DNA from: Schmidtea polychroa
Lineage: Eukaryota
NCBI GenBank assembly: GCA_044892525.1
Contig: CM097886.1
Location: 100,192,001-100,256,000, forward strand
DNA length: 64,000 nucleotides
Direction: 5' to 3'
This document shows, one piece after another, positions 51,301-58,327 of this stretch. The translations under genes and the position numbers were made by a program. The notes under the pieces are model-generated. The model saw only the letters and a program-made list of their open reading frames with translations, did not search any database and was not told the origin of the DNA. Numbering within the stretch: the stretch's first letter is position 1; every line of letters begins with the position of its first letter.

Positions 51301-54099
51301 TCAAAGATAACCACGCAAGACCACAACCAGAAAAATGCACTACATCATGCAATCGAAGGGAAAAGTACGGAAGCCTTCATAATCTTAGTAGATCTATTAG
51401 CATATGAGGATAATAGGGAGATAGGAAACATGTATGACGGGTTACTAACTGCAATCAAAGAGAGATTAATAACAATTGCTGGATTACTAATTGCATGGAG
51501 AAACCCGATAAAAAACGATTATATGGTAGATATAAACGAAACATTTACCAAAGGAGAAAACACCTTGATGAGAGAAGCGATGAGAGGACACCACCTATTC
51601 GAAATTCCAAATCAACTACTACAACGTGGCATAAAGTTCTCAAATCACAAAGACGAACAACTAATCAGAAAACGAATTACCAACTTCGAAAAAGCTATAT
51701 CTCAATTTACCGATAAAGTACAAGTAAAATTTTGGGAAACCGTGAGTGTTTTACATATGATGGAAACTATGAACAACATTCGAGAAAACTACCTAAGTAT
51801 TATTCAAGTTCTAATGGCGGAGGAACGCATTAACAGTTCGAACAAGAAAAAGATAAAAATAAAGAAAGTAAAAGCAAGAGAGTCTGGGGAACAAGTCGAT
51901 CAACCAATAACCGATATAGCAACAACAAATAAACCAAAGACAATAAACTCCGACCAAGAGATAGTAGTACGTAAGGCTAAAGAAGTATTCTTTGAAGAAA
52001 TGCAAGATCTATCCGATGAAGCGATACTAGCAAAAATAACCAAAACAGTACACACCTACGCAAGAGATCAGACCACGAATCTAGACATAGGAAAAATAAA
52101 AACATTTATACCACTAGCATTCACCTTACCAACAAAAGACTCAAGAACACCATTACAACAAGCCATTTTAGCAGCAAAAGAAAACAGAGCAATAACCATC
52201 ATAAGAATCCTCAGAGACTTCGGAGAAGAATCTAATGCAAAAAATGAACAAGGAGAAACAGCAATGATGTATGCAGCCATAACAAATATACACCCGAAAA
52301 CATTACATATACTACATCGATCGGGATCAAGACTGGATGAAATATCAAACGAAGGAAATTCTACCATGGATTGGGCAACGATACAACCAAACTTGGAAAT
52401 GATTAGATTCATTTGTAAAAATGCTACAAGAACCGAGGTAGAAAATATCTGTAAAAACACGTCACAGTTCCAATGGAACACGATACGGATGAACTTAGAA
52501 GCCATGAAGTTATTGGTAACATGGAGAATACCACAAAGCAATAAATATGCAATAAATATAAATGAGTTCTACGAAAACGGAGAAAATGCGATGGTTAAAA
52601 ATACACTAACAAAAGGAGGAACTCCGAAAATCATAATGATCGTATTGAACAGGGAGGACCTCAAATTCACGCAAAATCTAAACGAACAAAAGCGAATCGG
52701 AAAACATCGCCGTATACAATTGAGAGAACTGGTAAAAGAATGGAATAGAAAGAGACATGTAGCAACAGGCAGAAAGGAGTTCGAATTCGAGGCAAAATTA
52801 GCAAGAAACAGAGTGCTAACGGCATACCACAGATTGTTGAATGATATAAATGTCGAGGACGACATTTTAAACGATAGCGGGGGAGATAAAGACGATAAAG
52901 ACGACGATAATAATGAAAAAGGTCGAAACGGGAATAAAGAGAAAGAGAAATCAGAGGGGAATAATCAAGAAAATAACAACGCGAGTAGGAAAAAAGAAGA
53001 AAACAACCCGAGAAACCGAATAAAGCAAGAAGAAAAGACGAATAGTGGAAAACAGAGGGTATGTCTACTTTTTACCAACAAAGAAATGGAGACAAATATG
53101 ATGATAATGATACTCGTATTAACAATGGTGGAAATGATAACAGCCCAGGGAGGAATGAGAACGATAAAAGAAGCCAAAGAAACGGAAAATAAGGACAACA
53201 AAGAGGAAGAACTAAAACAAGAAAAGAAAAAACAAGTACAAGAGCAGCAATGGGATTTAAAAGAAGAATGGGATTTAAAAGAAAGGTGTATATTAGGAAG
53301 ATGTATGTCTAGAGCTTATCAGAGACTAGTGTTAAAAAATGAAGATGCAGAACCAATAACGGAAGTAAGAATACAAGAAGCATATCGAAATCGAGACGGA
53401 AAGAGAATAACGAAAGTCAAAGGGAAGGAGGTACATCTGGGAAAAGGAGGTGAGGTAGTGATAACGCAACTCCAGCCAAGAAAAGAACACAAAGTCTGCA
53501 TTGCAAGATTAAGACCGGGGGAAGACTGTCTACAATATGTAATACAGCAACAACCTCCAAAAGAATACACAATATGCATCTGGAGAAAAGATACAGCGAG
53601 AGAATGTCGACGATACCCTGGGAAAAGAGGGAAGAAAAGAAAAATCGATGATGGAAAAGATGAGCAAGGAAAACGCAAGAAAAACAGTGAGAAACATCAA
53701 GACAATTATGTATCCGAGGAGGAGATGGAGAAAATACAAAAAATGGCAAAGGAAGGTATGAACGAGGAAATAGCAAGAATACGAGGAATGATGAAAGGAA
53801 ATGGCAAAGACGGTAATCTAAAAAGCACAGAAGCAATATCAACACTAACGAGCAAGGAAAAAGCGGAAGTTATAAGCGTAAAACAGATGATGTGGATCAG
53901 CGGCATAATAATAACAGGGGCCTTTTTAATCATAACGGGGGGGACAATAAAAATAATCAAAGATAGACGGCATCGCGGAGAACTAGAAATGGCCAGAATA
54001 AGAAATTTTCAACATCGTGTAAAACGACCAAGTAATATCAAGCAGGAACAGTGGGTGGAGGCCTGGAATGCTCAGCTCCCTCCAAGCTCACGTATATAG
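42322..54099 (+). CDS. pol: 3925-aa polyprotein (+1 frame relative to gag, open from 42280): UBL domains, Bcl-2-like, Env, PR, dUTPase-like, RT, RNase H, IN, ankyrins, C-terminal membrane protein
   Basis: Uninterrupted 11.8-kb ORF with MIDTGANVS, YIDD, ATDASGYA, HX4H...CX2C, MDVVGPLP, TDQGTNF, PQTNGMTERFN and GPY. Confidence 0.95.
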   Translation: MGSSRKKEYLYQYQGEQIKPDMHLIDALIWPGEIQILKLYKEKQPANIHEWAKDAKAEYDFNIKLKLDQIKQCTLRRNLDKLIKQIQEQVEDNWDLLITRRTADMHELMSRLRDTELLRMSDWRTINLIHKYGRLKETQPQKLEITIWLPNEEKRRIKMSNQSTVDDLVTKINQEITEKVRSESNDGMIDDVVMMYDKIILRAEDDTSLSEMGIWDNHQIIRILPMDEFRTRDITYQKEIRDRMKTLYQKSVEIIEIHQQWLKEKELQGKIKKLSVRSCRRTPWERMWDAESKEWEIRKGIFVETDIGEIESEPEEEEDEPPKYEEDEIESTSDDESETDVTSESETETRHIHAMRKKEREYADMDSEEAMEAREREEKERYKQLGDILATGTKNQKRQVIALANIILKTSENIHNLREMAKAIEEYRQYNEWYPEQLEQIIRKWRNQEWAQDTQERYRIRVKYPDKSIEDTEVHPTTKIRELKKKLAYETPFHLQLFGKSLDDNVDVGITPMRLGEINVLTMAETLGKPIKRKSKSSKPTKGSLSTPSPNKVASKSNETEEIEEIILEDSDEGAGERSPILVRWPTGAEIWTTSQPSTSHQQPNKLSIEEIIDNTTETETDEQFQRQKGPTKATPEGQTDKIIDEWNEWLRNNDSSLPRTDNERNPNYENTREAGTMMEKRAKGRPKKQGEKPEFKTREQLKQEQGQVRLEKLDKIVWDLKEALPTIERGEKWIRELVKDMLIVTNPQLRRLWQRKVASVDARQLWNTISGIIPKLIKEKTKTTKTDWEETRRVIEQLTLNANDDEHHLVVLTYLMYNLMGLAARKIPNKQFANHVEMTVTIIENTIEPHIIRAGGWKRLIQAPRKNEQERSMQIRLKKLLNELEWELPLKDPASRKASINSLMMTMMIWMLCTSGAAGFTIYDCDNSIIGERYSLRDIEECRQASPNKLDIVKKKVSYHVYQESDFIRTQARECVVSKKVLAYYCGQYSYSTLILPGLDKEIVPIQREDCKELFRTGAMRIRDGVTIHGQSGMIKTESIYVAGRVKSTDGSCNGGTYTIRGEVISGVVVIESYTVELKEYEAQFDANNYQMKTNPACRATENVCRTGISTIIYEANTQKCRLQLLKSALFNEVKGEIYENEDDDEENGNVRMRNGKPVPPSPKEKRLITQKTPTALITDDPDIGMRFIREKETTKCDSIVYRTNYAGIYMSRQVIDRAVGKVATEDVKLYLYANNKMDFLFHRGQTTMQKVYYDLIQNDCSLNKEILKTKLAIAITHPDNTMPSLPLPDGHFGRMVGEVMYTYACTKTFARLPRKPTIPPGKCANELEISYKGRNRFVQPVTRIMNPIGFYPNTFNCSNAYGPLYEKPDGKWIMLPVKTEVQEPKKFGLIELATEQDFKPIDVSKAGMYSPEDLETARLNVLFPARRESILSNMVTITGGTNFQSGPNYELLLSPDHFQQATSNMMKAMWGRFLVFGQMMTGILGIILIIQIVRVILTQMLACFDIYKREKKVNWKLIVGFLPFLAKTMVLHGHSKDIHRIKRLIKILTKIKGTDEEVGRRFRKTMYDEATRTQLKKNKPKFLDRFRNRSNSSDSDDDDNGNDKYPYPSRNPNEKPIETAPYWEKEKTNTWIANGSYIPPDIVGQQTALTMTQNMYPQLPSQPGMNYMPTRRTKSVDQADDVRTIAVMSSPGGAAVTVMIQINGKETSAMIDTGANVSAIAINQIPSKCWKDIEQTTIHIIACSKETVDVVGRWWTTLRYQDNEIETYLAVIPKLSEPCIIGTDLMPELFKEVVIDLTTMCLKDKMGRICKMNAIIRCPEKIIVPAKSQMICQIKVDAGMEGEVIFEPSKSFEKRRELPLAREIITINEDGEIPINITNFEEEDKIIYENERLGRLTPMIDIELPKITNETTKADELWIIDSTLLTEKEKERLQQLLIEYKDIFAISDLDLGACDVTLHAIPLIDETPIALRPYKLAEKQKEIAEAEVQKMLDAQVIEPSCSPWQFPVVMVKKKDGTQRFCIDYRKLNAVTKRDTYPLPDINEMLLMLQGAAYFTSLDLKSGYWQIKVKEEDKEKTAFTLGRDLYQFRKMPFGLTNAPASFQRCMNFVTHGIKQCMVYIDDLLIYSATFEQHLEDIRNVFIRLRQWKLKLKPSKCDWAKEKVTFLGHIVSAKGKEPDPRNIEKIKTCPAPKTVTQVQEFLGLCGYYRKFIKNYAGIAKPIQELVKKDISFIWGAEQQKAFETLRDKLIEAPILVHPDFKKPFLLATDASGYAAGAILGQLDEEGKERVIGYYSRTFKKHEKNYSVTEREALAIIQAIKHFRYLLWGHEICITTDHQPLVWLGQHKEASSRLMRWAMQLQEYSPFIKFKAGRANANADCMSRFIFPDLVDHEMQRICLMVAEDLDFCQLRKDQQEDTELKQIIEYVKTGKAEVYEKDQKLKEHMDKHRHRYIIEKDWLLIMDGEKRLMCIPENRRKDLLTQYHDGRLGGHMSSKKTLARMKQKYFWPTLTEDVTEWVKNCITCATRKNTGTKWKAPLKPMPVPAEPMTMISMDVVGPLPESDRGNIYILVITDYLTKFPEAFAMADQKARTIAKILVEEICCRYGTPKQILTDQGTNFMSEITSEVTNYFKIAKLRTSPYHPQTNGMTERFNGTLIHMLSNYVDRHQRDWDEYIKLCLMAYRMSIHASTKMSPFKLMYGRECNMPMDLEYQPPISQYMEIDDYVTKFKERMQEIWETAGLNIKFYQESYKELHDRKKNVKQHTFQTGDWVMIETPELIPGTTKKLQRNGKGPYEILFIGETNVRVRLVNNPFTRPIYVNVARCKPIPKTATSQPEGRTLTTRSQTYRINMLQQINEPTGNRLGLQPSEAEKIIKEVKVKMPGWAKDRLDFEILGGLLTMIENYANRERTHPLLRVVKSQWPILFTITDHYGDTPLHKLLKVGNNEQILETIEAFRDCNISTDQENNQGYTPLMIAANRDKAKDIIIALLETGSKITTQDHNQKNALHHAIEGKSTEAFIILVDLLAYEDNREIGNMYDGLLTAIKERLITIAGLLIAWRNPIKNDYMVDINETFTKGENTLMREAMRGHHLFEIPNQLLQRGIKFSNHKDEQLIRKRITNFEKAISQFTDKVQVKFWETVSVLHMMETMNNIRENYLSIIQVLMAEERINSSNKKKIKIKKVKARESGEQVDQPITDIATTNKPKTINSDQEIVVRKAKEVFFEEMQDLSDEAILAKITKTVHTYARDQTTNLDIGKIKTFIPLAFTLPTKDSRTPLQQAILAAKENRAITIIRILRDFGEESNAKNEQGETAMMYAAITNIHPKTLHILHRSGSRLDEISNEGNSTMDWATIQPNLEMIRFICKNATRTEVENICKNTSQFQWNTIRMNLEAMKLLVTWRIPQSNKYAININEFYENGENAMVKNTLTKGGTPKIIMIVLNREDLKFTQNLNEQKRIGKHRRIQLRELVKEWNRKRHVATGRKEFEFEAKLARNRVLTAYHRLLNDINVEDDILNDSGGDKDDKDDDNNEKGRNGNKEKEKSEGNNQENNNASRKKEENNPRNRIKQEEKTNSGKQRVCLLFTNKEMETNMMIMILVLTMVEMITAQGGMRTIKEAKETENKDNKEEELKQEKKKQVQEQQWDLKEEWDLKERCILGRCMSRAYQRLVLKNEDAEPITEVRIQEAYRNRDGKRITKVKGKEVHLGKGGEVVITQLQPRKEHKVCIARLRPGEDCLQYVIQQQPPKEYTICIWRKDTARECRRYPGKRGKKRKIDDGKDEQGKRKKNSEKHQDNYVSEEEMEKIQKMAKEGMNEEIARIRGMMKGNGKDGNLKSTEAISTLTSKEKAEVISVKQMMWISGIIITGAFLIITGGTIKIIKDRRHRGELEMARIRNFQHRVKRPSNIKQEQWVEAWNAQLPPSSRI
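44452..44910 (+). other. Bcl-2-like domain within the polyprotein
   Basis: BH2-like IENTIEPHIIRAGGWKRLI and a hydrophobic BH1-position helix HLVVLTYLMYNL. NWGR is absent. Confidence 0.65.
45031..46920 (+). other. env: Env glycoprotein (chuvirus-G/herpes gB-like class III fusogen): signal peptide 45031-45081, ectodomain, TM about 46750-46830
   Basis: AG/FTIYDC, YSLRDIEEC, ECVVSKKVLAYYCGQYS, DCKEL, DGSCNGG, a Cys-rich ectodomain and FGQMMTGILGIILIIQIVRVIL match the chuvirus glycoprotein-like pattern. Confidence 0.8.
47410..47710 (+). other. Aspartic protease domain
   Basis: INGKETSAMIDTGANVSAI ... CIIGTDL. Confidence 0.93.
48140..49470 (+). other. Reverse transcriptase and RNase H domains
   Basis: SPWQFPVVMVKKKDG, RFCIDYRKLN, LDLKSGYWQI, MPFGLTNAPASFQR, VYIDD; TDASG, EREALAI, TDHQPL. 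Confidence 0.97.
49720..50730 (+). other. Integrase (HHCC, DDE, GPY/F)
   Basis: HDGRLGGH ... CITC; ISMDVVGP; LTDQG; ERFNGTL; KGPYEI. Confidence 0.97.
51100..52620 (+). other. Two ankyrin-repeat modules downstream of integrase
   Basis: YGDTPLHKLL, QGYTPLMIAA, QKNALHHAI; RTPLQQAI, QGETAMMYAA, EGNSTMDWAT. Confidence 0.85.
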
Positions 54100-54267
54100 A
54101 AAGGATTATGACTGTATATAGATTGTAAAAAGTAAGTAGGTAATATTTATTTATATAACAGTATGCTATATTTTTATATAAGCGCGGTATCAATAGTATA
54201 TAATGATGGGGATAATTAATATGAAAATAAAATTAGATAAGGATTGAAAAGTATATATAAATTAAGA

Positions 54268-54627
54268 ATGGAGCGAATAGGCGAGGAAGTAAATCACAGT
54301 ACAACAACCGAGGAGATGTGGAAACAACAATGTGCAATGTTAACTCAAGTGATTTCGAATTTACAGGAACAAGGACTCGCTGTACAAAGAAGCTTAGTCG
54401 AAAGTTTAAATAAAGGCTTCAGTTATGTAAGAATAATCGAAGACCAACGAATAAAAATAGAACAAATGCAGCGAGAGATAGACCGAATATCACGATACAG
54501 CCAGGTGCAAGAAGAGGAGTTAATAAGAATCGCGGAAGAGATGGAGCGAGAGGAGATAGAAGACTGGTCGGAATGGTTAACCAGCAGGGAAGAGGGCGGA
54601 CAAGAGGCCGACTCTTCCAGCCAATAA
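54268..54627 (+). CDS. Small acidic coiled-coil protein (about 119 aa from ATG 54268)
   Basis: Intact ORF with E/Q/R-rich heptad pattern, bounded by AT-rich spacers. Confidence 0.6.
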   Translation: MERIGEEVNHSTTTEEMWKQQCAMLTQVISNLQEQGLAVQRSLVESLNKGFSYVRIIEDQRIKIEQMQREIDRISRYSQVQEEELIRIAEEMEREEIEDWSEWLTSREEGGQEADSSSQ

Positions 54628-54716
54628 ACATAACCTAAAATAACAATGTAAATAACTGTAAATAAAAATACGAAACTGTACCAGTAACGAATATATGTAT
54701 ATATATAATTATAGAA

Positions 54717-56105
54717 ATGGATAAGCGACAACGAGAAGAACTCAAAGAAATTGTTGAACAAGTCAGAAAGTCCACCACAATTCGAATACACAACCATGTA
54801 ACGTGTGGAATATGCAAGAGCTTATTAAGAGAACCTCACCAAACCAGATGTGGATGCAGAATGTGCAGAGAATGTGTAGAGGAGATAATAAAGAAGGGAC
54901 CACAATGGTGCCCGGTATGCAAAGAAACAATGATAACAAGTTTGGGAGATACAAACGAAGATAAAGCAGCTGTAAAAGATATGTTGAATGCAAACCTTGG
55001 ATGCAAAAACACCCCATGTAATTGGCGAGGAGTGATATGGGAAGTGAGGCAACATTTGGAGCAATGTGAATATAAAATCAGTCAATGCAAACGTTGCCAA
55101 GAAGAGATTAAAGTCAATGAAGAAGCAGAACATCAAAGTCGATGCGAAGAAAGACTGGAGAAATGTGAGTATTGCGGAGAAACCGACACCTGGAAAAAAC
55201 TAATCAGTCAACATCACAACATACAAGAGGAGAAAGTGTGCGCAGAATTCAGAGGAGAATGCCCCAACAAATGCGATAAACCCGGAGTAATAAAACTCGC
55301 TCAACATCTGAAAGAATGTGAAAGGAAAAAGATAAGGTGTGTGTTAGGAAAATGGGGAAATCAGAAACAATTACACCGAGGGGAATTACCCCAACACCTA
55401 GCAGAAAACGTATCAACACACGCGGAAATATGGTCAACGGTATTACAAGAAAACGAAAGGAAAACCGAAAACTTAGAAAGAGAAATAGTCTCGCTAAAAG
55501 CGTTGGTAAAAGAACTATTGGAAGAAAAAGAAGCATTTGAAGAGGCGAGAACAAGTACAAAGATACAGACAGATCTAGTAGAAACTAGCAACATTATGGT
55601 AAAAGAACTACATCAAAAAGTAAGCGAATTAAACCTCAACGAATTAATACCTACGGCCCCATACATATGGAAAATAACGGGAGTAAAAGAGAAGATGCAG
55701 AGAGCGAGAAATGGAAAGGATACGACCTTACTAAGTCCAGCATTCTACTCATGGAAAAACGGGTATAAAATGAAAATGAAAGCATACCCCAATGGGGATG
55801 GAAGTGCATACGGAACGCATTTCTCAGTATTCTTCTTGATGTGCAAAGGGCCACACGACGAGTTAATAGAATGGCCATTCAAAGCAAAAATAGACCTCGC
55901 AATGATGAACTATCAAAATATACATGAACAGAGTTTCCATACAGCGGGAAACCTCGTATGTTACCAAAGGCCCTTGGAAGAAGAAGGACCAGCAACTGGA
56001 GCACCGAATTTCATCCTACAGCGGAAAGTAGAAGACATGACGAAAAACGACACTATATACATAAAAATAGCGGTGAGGCGAGACGGGAAGAGTAGGACTG
56101 AGTAG
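54717..56105 (+). CDS. TRAF: Full-length intronless TRAF (RING, TRAF zinc fingers, coiled coil, MATH/TRAF-C domain), 462 aa
   Basis: CGICKSLLREPHQTRCGCRMCREC...CPVC; HLEQC, HQSRC, HLKEC fingers; YIWKI, LSPAFY, GYKMKMKAYPNGDG, THFSVFF, DELIEWPF, NDTIYIKIAV. Confidence 0.95.
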   Translation: MDKRQREELKEIVEQVRKSTTIRIHNHVTCGICKSLLREPHQTRCGCRMCRECVEEIIKKGPQWCPVCKETMITSLGDTNEDKAAVKDMLNANLGCKNTPCNWRGVIWEVRQHLEQCEYKISQCKRCQEEIKVNEEAEHQSRCEERLEKCEYCGETDTWKKLISQHHNIQEEKVCAEFRGECPNKCDKPGVIKLAQHLKECERKKIRCVLGKWGNQKQLHRGELPQHLAENVSTHAEIWSTVLQENERKTENLEREIVSLKALVKELLEEKEAFEEARTSTKIQTDLVETSNIMVKELHQKVSELNLNELIPTAPYIWKITGVKEKMQRARNGKDTTLLSPAFYSWKNGYKMKMKAYPNGDGSAYGTHFSVFFLMCKGPHDELIEWPFKAKIDLAMMNYQNIHEQSFHTAGNLVCYQRPLEEEGPATGAPNFILQRKVEDMTKNDTIYIKIAVRRDGKSRTE

Positions 56106-56324
56106 AGAGACGAATAATTTTGTATATACTAATTGTAGATATCGGCGTATATATCCAGTAAAATATTATATAGTAGTGTAGAAAAATTCCCCCAAATCTA
56201 CTAAAGGTAAACTTAAGCGAAAAACTCCTAAAACAACTCCTATAACGAATTGTAAAAATAAATAAAAAATAAGCCAAATATAAGCGTACAACGTTGAGTT
56301 AATAATATCATTGTTCAGATCAAG

Positions 56325-57362
56325 ATGACACAAGAAGGAACTGAAGCCCCAAACCACGAAACCAAAGTCAATAAAATCCATAAGGGAAAATGGGTCAAAG
56401 TAATGTTACAATTGACGAACCAGACCCGCAACCACCTCGAAGAGGCCAGGGAATACGAGAATAACAAATATCAGTGGTTAGTAAACAATTTAAGAGCCGA
56501 AGCAGAAGCATGCAAAAGAGCCTCTAAGTGGGCATCATTGGAAAACACTCGCCAAGAAGCGCACAGCCACTATTTAAAACAGTTAGTTCAGGAAGCACGG
56601 AAACGATTGACGGACGAAAACACAAAACGAGAAGCAGAAAAACAAAAGGAAGGAAGGAAAATGAATCACCTATTGGCAGAAGCCCGAAACTGGAAGCGGC
56701 AGAACAAAGAGATGAAAAAAGAAATGAAAGAATTGCCTATGAGATTAGAATACGAAAGCGAACAAGGCAAATGGGAGGAAAATCTGGTCATAAGAGAAGA
56801 ACTGAAACGGCTCAGAAAGATTGCGGCCCGAAGCCAAACATGGCAGACCAAAGCCATGGAATTTGAAAGACATCTAGCCATGAAAATCTCCATAAGGGAG
56901 CACGAGAATGCCGCAATGGAAGAACTGATACTTCAACAGTCAGGACGACTCGTGGAACTGGTAAATAAGGTCGCCGAACTAGAACGAGATGTCAACGGAT
57001 ACCAAGGAGCTCTGGAGCAGAGAAATATGGTACTGGCGGGGAAAAACAAAAAGTTAGAAAACGAAAGGAAAATGTATAACGAAAATCTCAAAAATCTGGA
57101 GATAGAGATCAAGAAATGGGAAAACGGCGAAAAAGCGGAAGAGCTAGAAAAACAGATAGAGGTAAGAGACGATGAAACCAGGTATCTAACATACCTGTTG
57201 GACGAGGAACTTAACGTGTCAAGAGCACTAAGAGACGAAGTGCAAGAACTTAGAGCGCAGATTCCCCGGTACTACATACCATTTGATCCCATCGCACTCC
57301 AATTACAAACGTCAGTAGAAAGCGATGAGGGATATGTAGGCCAGGAAGAGACCTTTGTATAA
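56325..57362 (+). CDS. 345-aa coiled-coil protein of unknown function
   Basis: Long intact ORF, E/K/L-rich heptads. Confidence 0.7.
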   Translation: MTQEGTEAPNHETKVNKIHKGKWVKVMLQLTNQTRNHLEEAREYENNKYQWLVNNLRAEAEACKRASKWASLENTRQEAHSHYLKQLVQEARKRLTDENTKREAEKQKEGRKMNHLLAEARNWKRQNKEMKKEMKELPMRLEYESEQGKWEENLVIREELKRLRKIAARSQTWQTKAMEFERHLAMKISIREHENAAMEELILQQSGRLVELVNKVAELERDVNGYQGALEQRNMVLAGKNKKLENERKMYNENLKNLEIEIKKWENGEKAEELEKQIEVRDDETRYLTYLLDEELNVSRALRDEVQELRAQIPRYYIPFDPIALQLQTSVESDEGYVGQEETFV

Positions 57363-57376
57363 AGATAAAGGGGAAG

Positions 57377-57378
<2 letters not shown>

Positions 57379-57422
<44 letters not shown>
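57379..57422. repeat. A30 tract followed by (TA)n
   Basis: Direct reading of the sequence. Confidence 0.95.
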
Positions 57423-57570
57423 AAAATCGGGACCTGTATCCCAACCAAAAAAATTAATGGTACGGTAAAAGTATGAAAGGGACTGTAACCCTGATTATAA
57501 AATAACATATAAATGTATAAGTATAAGCCGCACTGTAGCGCAATTATTAATTATGTATATATTATAGAAA

Positions 57571-58272
57571 ATGAACGCTGAGAACGGACAATCTATCATA
57601 ACACCTATAATCGAATTAGAAGAGGGGGAAATTGAAGTTGATGAAGTGGAGAGGAAGAAAACTATCAAGGAAGAATTACAAGAAGAGAGACAGGAAAACG
57701 AAAGATTAGTAGAAAGGTGGAGAGATAATCGAAAAATGATCAAAGTATTGAAAAGAGAATATAGCTTGTTAGAAGGAGTAAAGAAAGAAGTAGAGGAAGA
57801 AAACGAATGGCTTCACGAGCAAAGAAAGCGAGGGAGAAATTGGGAAAAGATCGCGGAAGAATTATGGCAGGAGATGGCCAGTCGAAAGGCCGACGAAGTG
57901 ATTAGTGACTATTGGAAAACCGAGGCACGGAAACACCAAGAAAGCCTGAAAGAGTTACAACTCCAACTACACCAAAAACAGAAGGAATGCGAGATAATGA
58001 GACGAATGAACAACAAATACCAGGAAATAGACAACGAAGAAGACGGGGAAAGGGAAAATGATTTTCTACAGATAATGAACCATAAAAACCTCGAAAGAGC
58101 AACACAAGAAATAAAAGCACTAAAAGAAAAAATAATAACCCTAAAGCAACAGTTAGACGAAAGAGACAAACAATTAAAAGTACTACCCGAATTGAGAAAA
58201 CGAGTAATAAAAGCAGAAACGAGAGTGATGAGAACATCCGAGAAAACCCGTAAAAAGAAAACCCGGCAATAA
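57571..58272 (+). CDS. 233-aa coiled-coil protein of unknown function
   Basis: Intact ORF, E/K/R-rich heptads, basic C-terminus. Confidence 0.7.
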   Translation: MNAENGQSIITPIIELEEGEIEVDEVERKKTIKEELQEERQENERLVERWRDNRKMIKVLKREYSLLEGVKKEVEEENEWLHEQRKRGRNWEKIAEELWQEMASRKADEVISDYWKTEARKHQESLKELQLQLHQKQKECEIMRRMNNKYQEIDNEEDGERENDFLQIMNHKNLERATQEIKALKEKIITLKQQLDERDKQLKVLPELRKRVIKAETRVMRTSEKTRKKKTRQ

Positions 58273-58327
58273 TTTAAGATGAATGATCAATGTAAATAAT
58301 TGTAAATAAAAATTTTCGTATAGTAGT

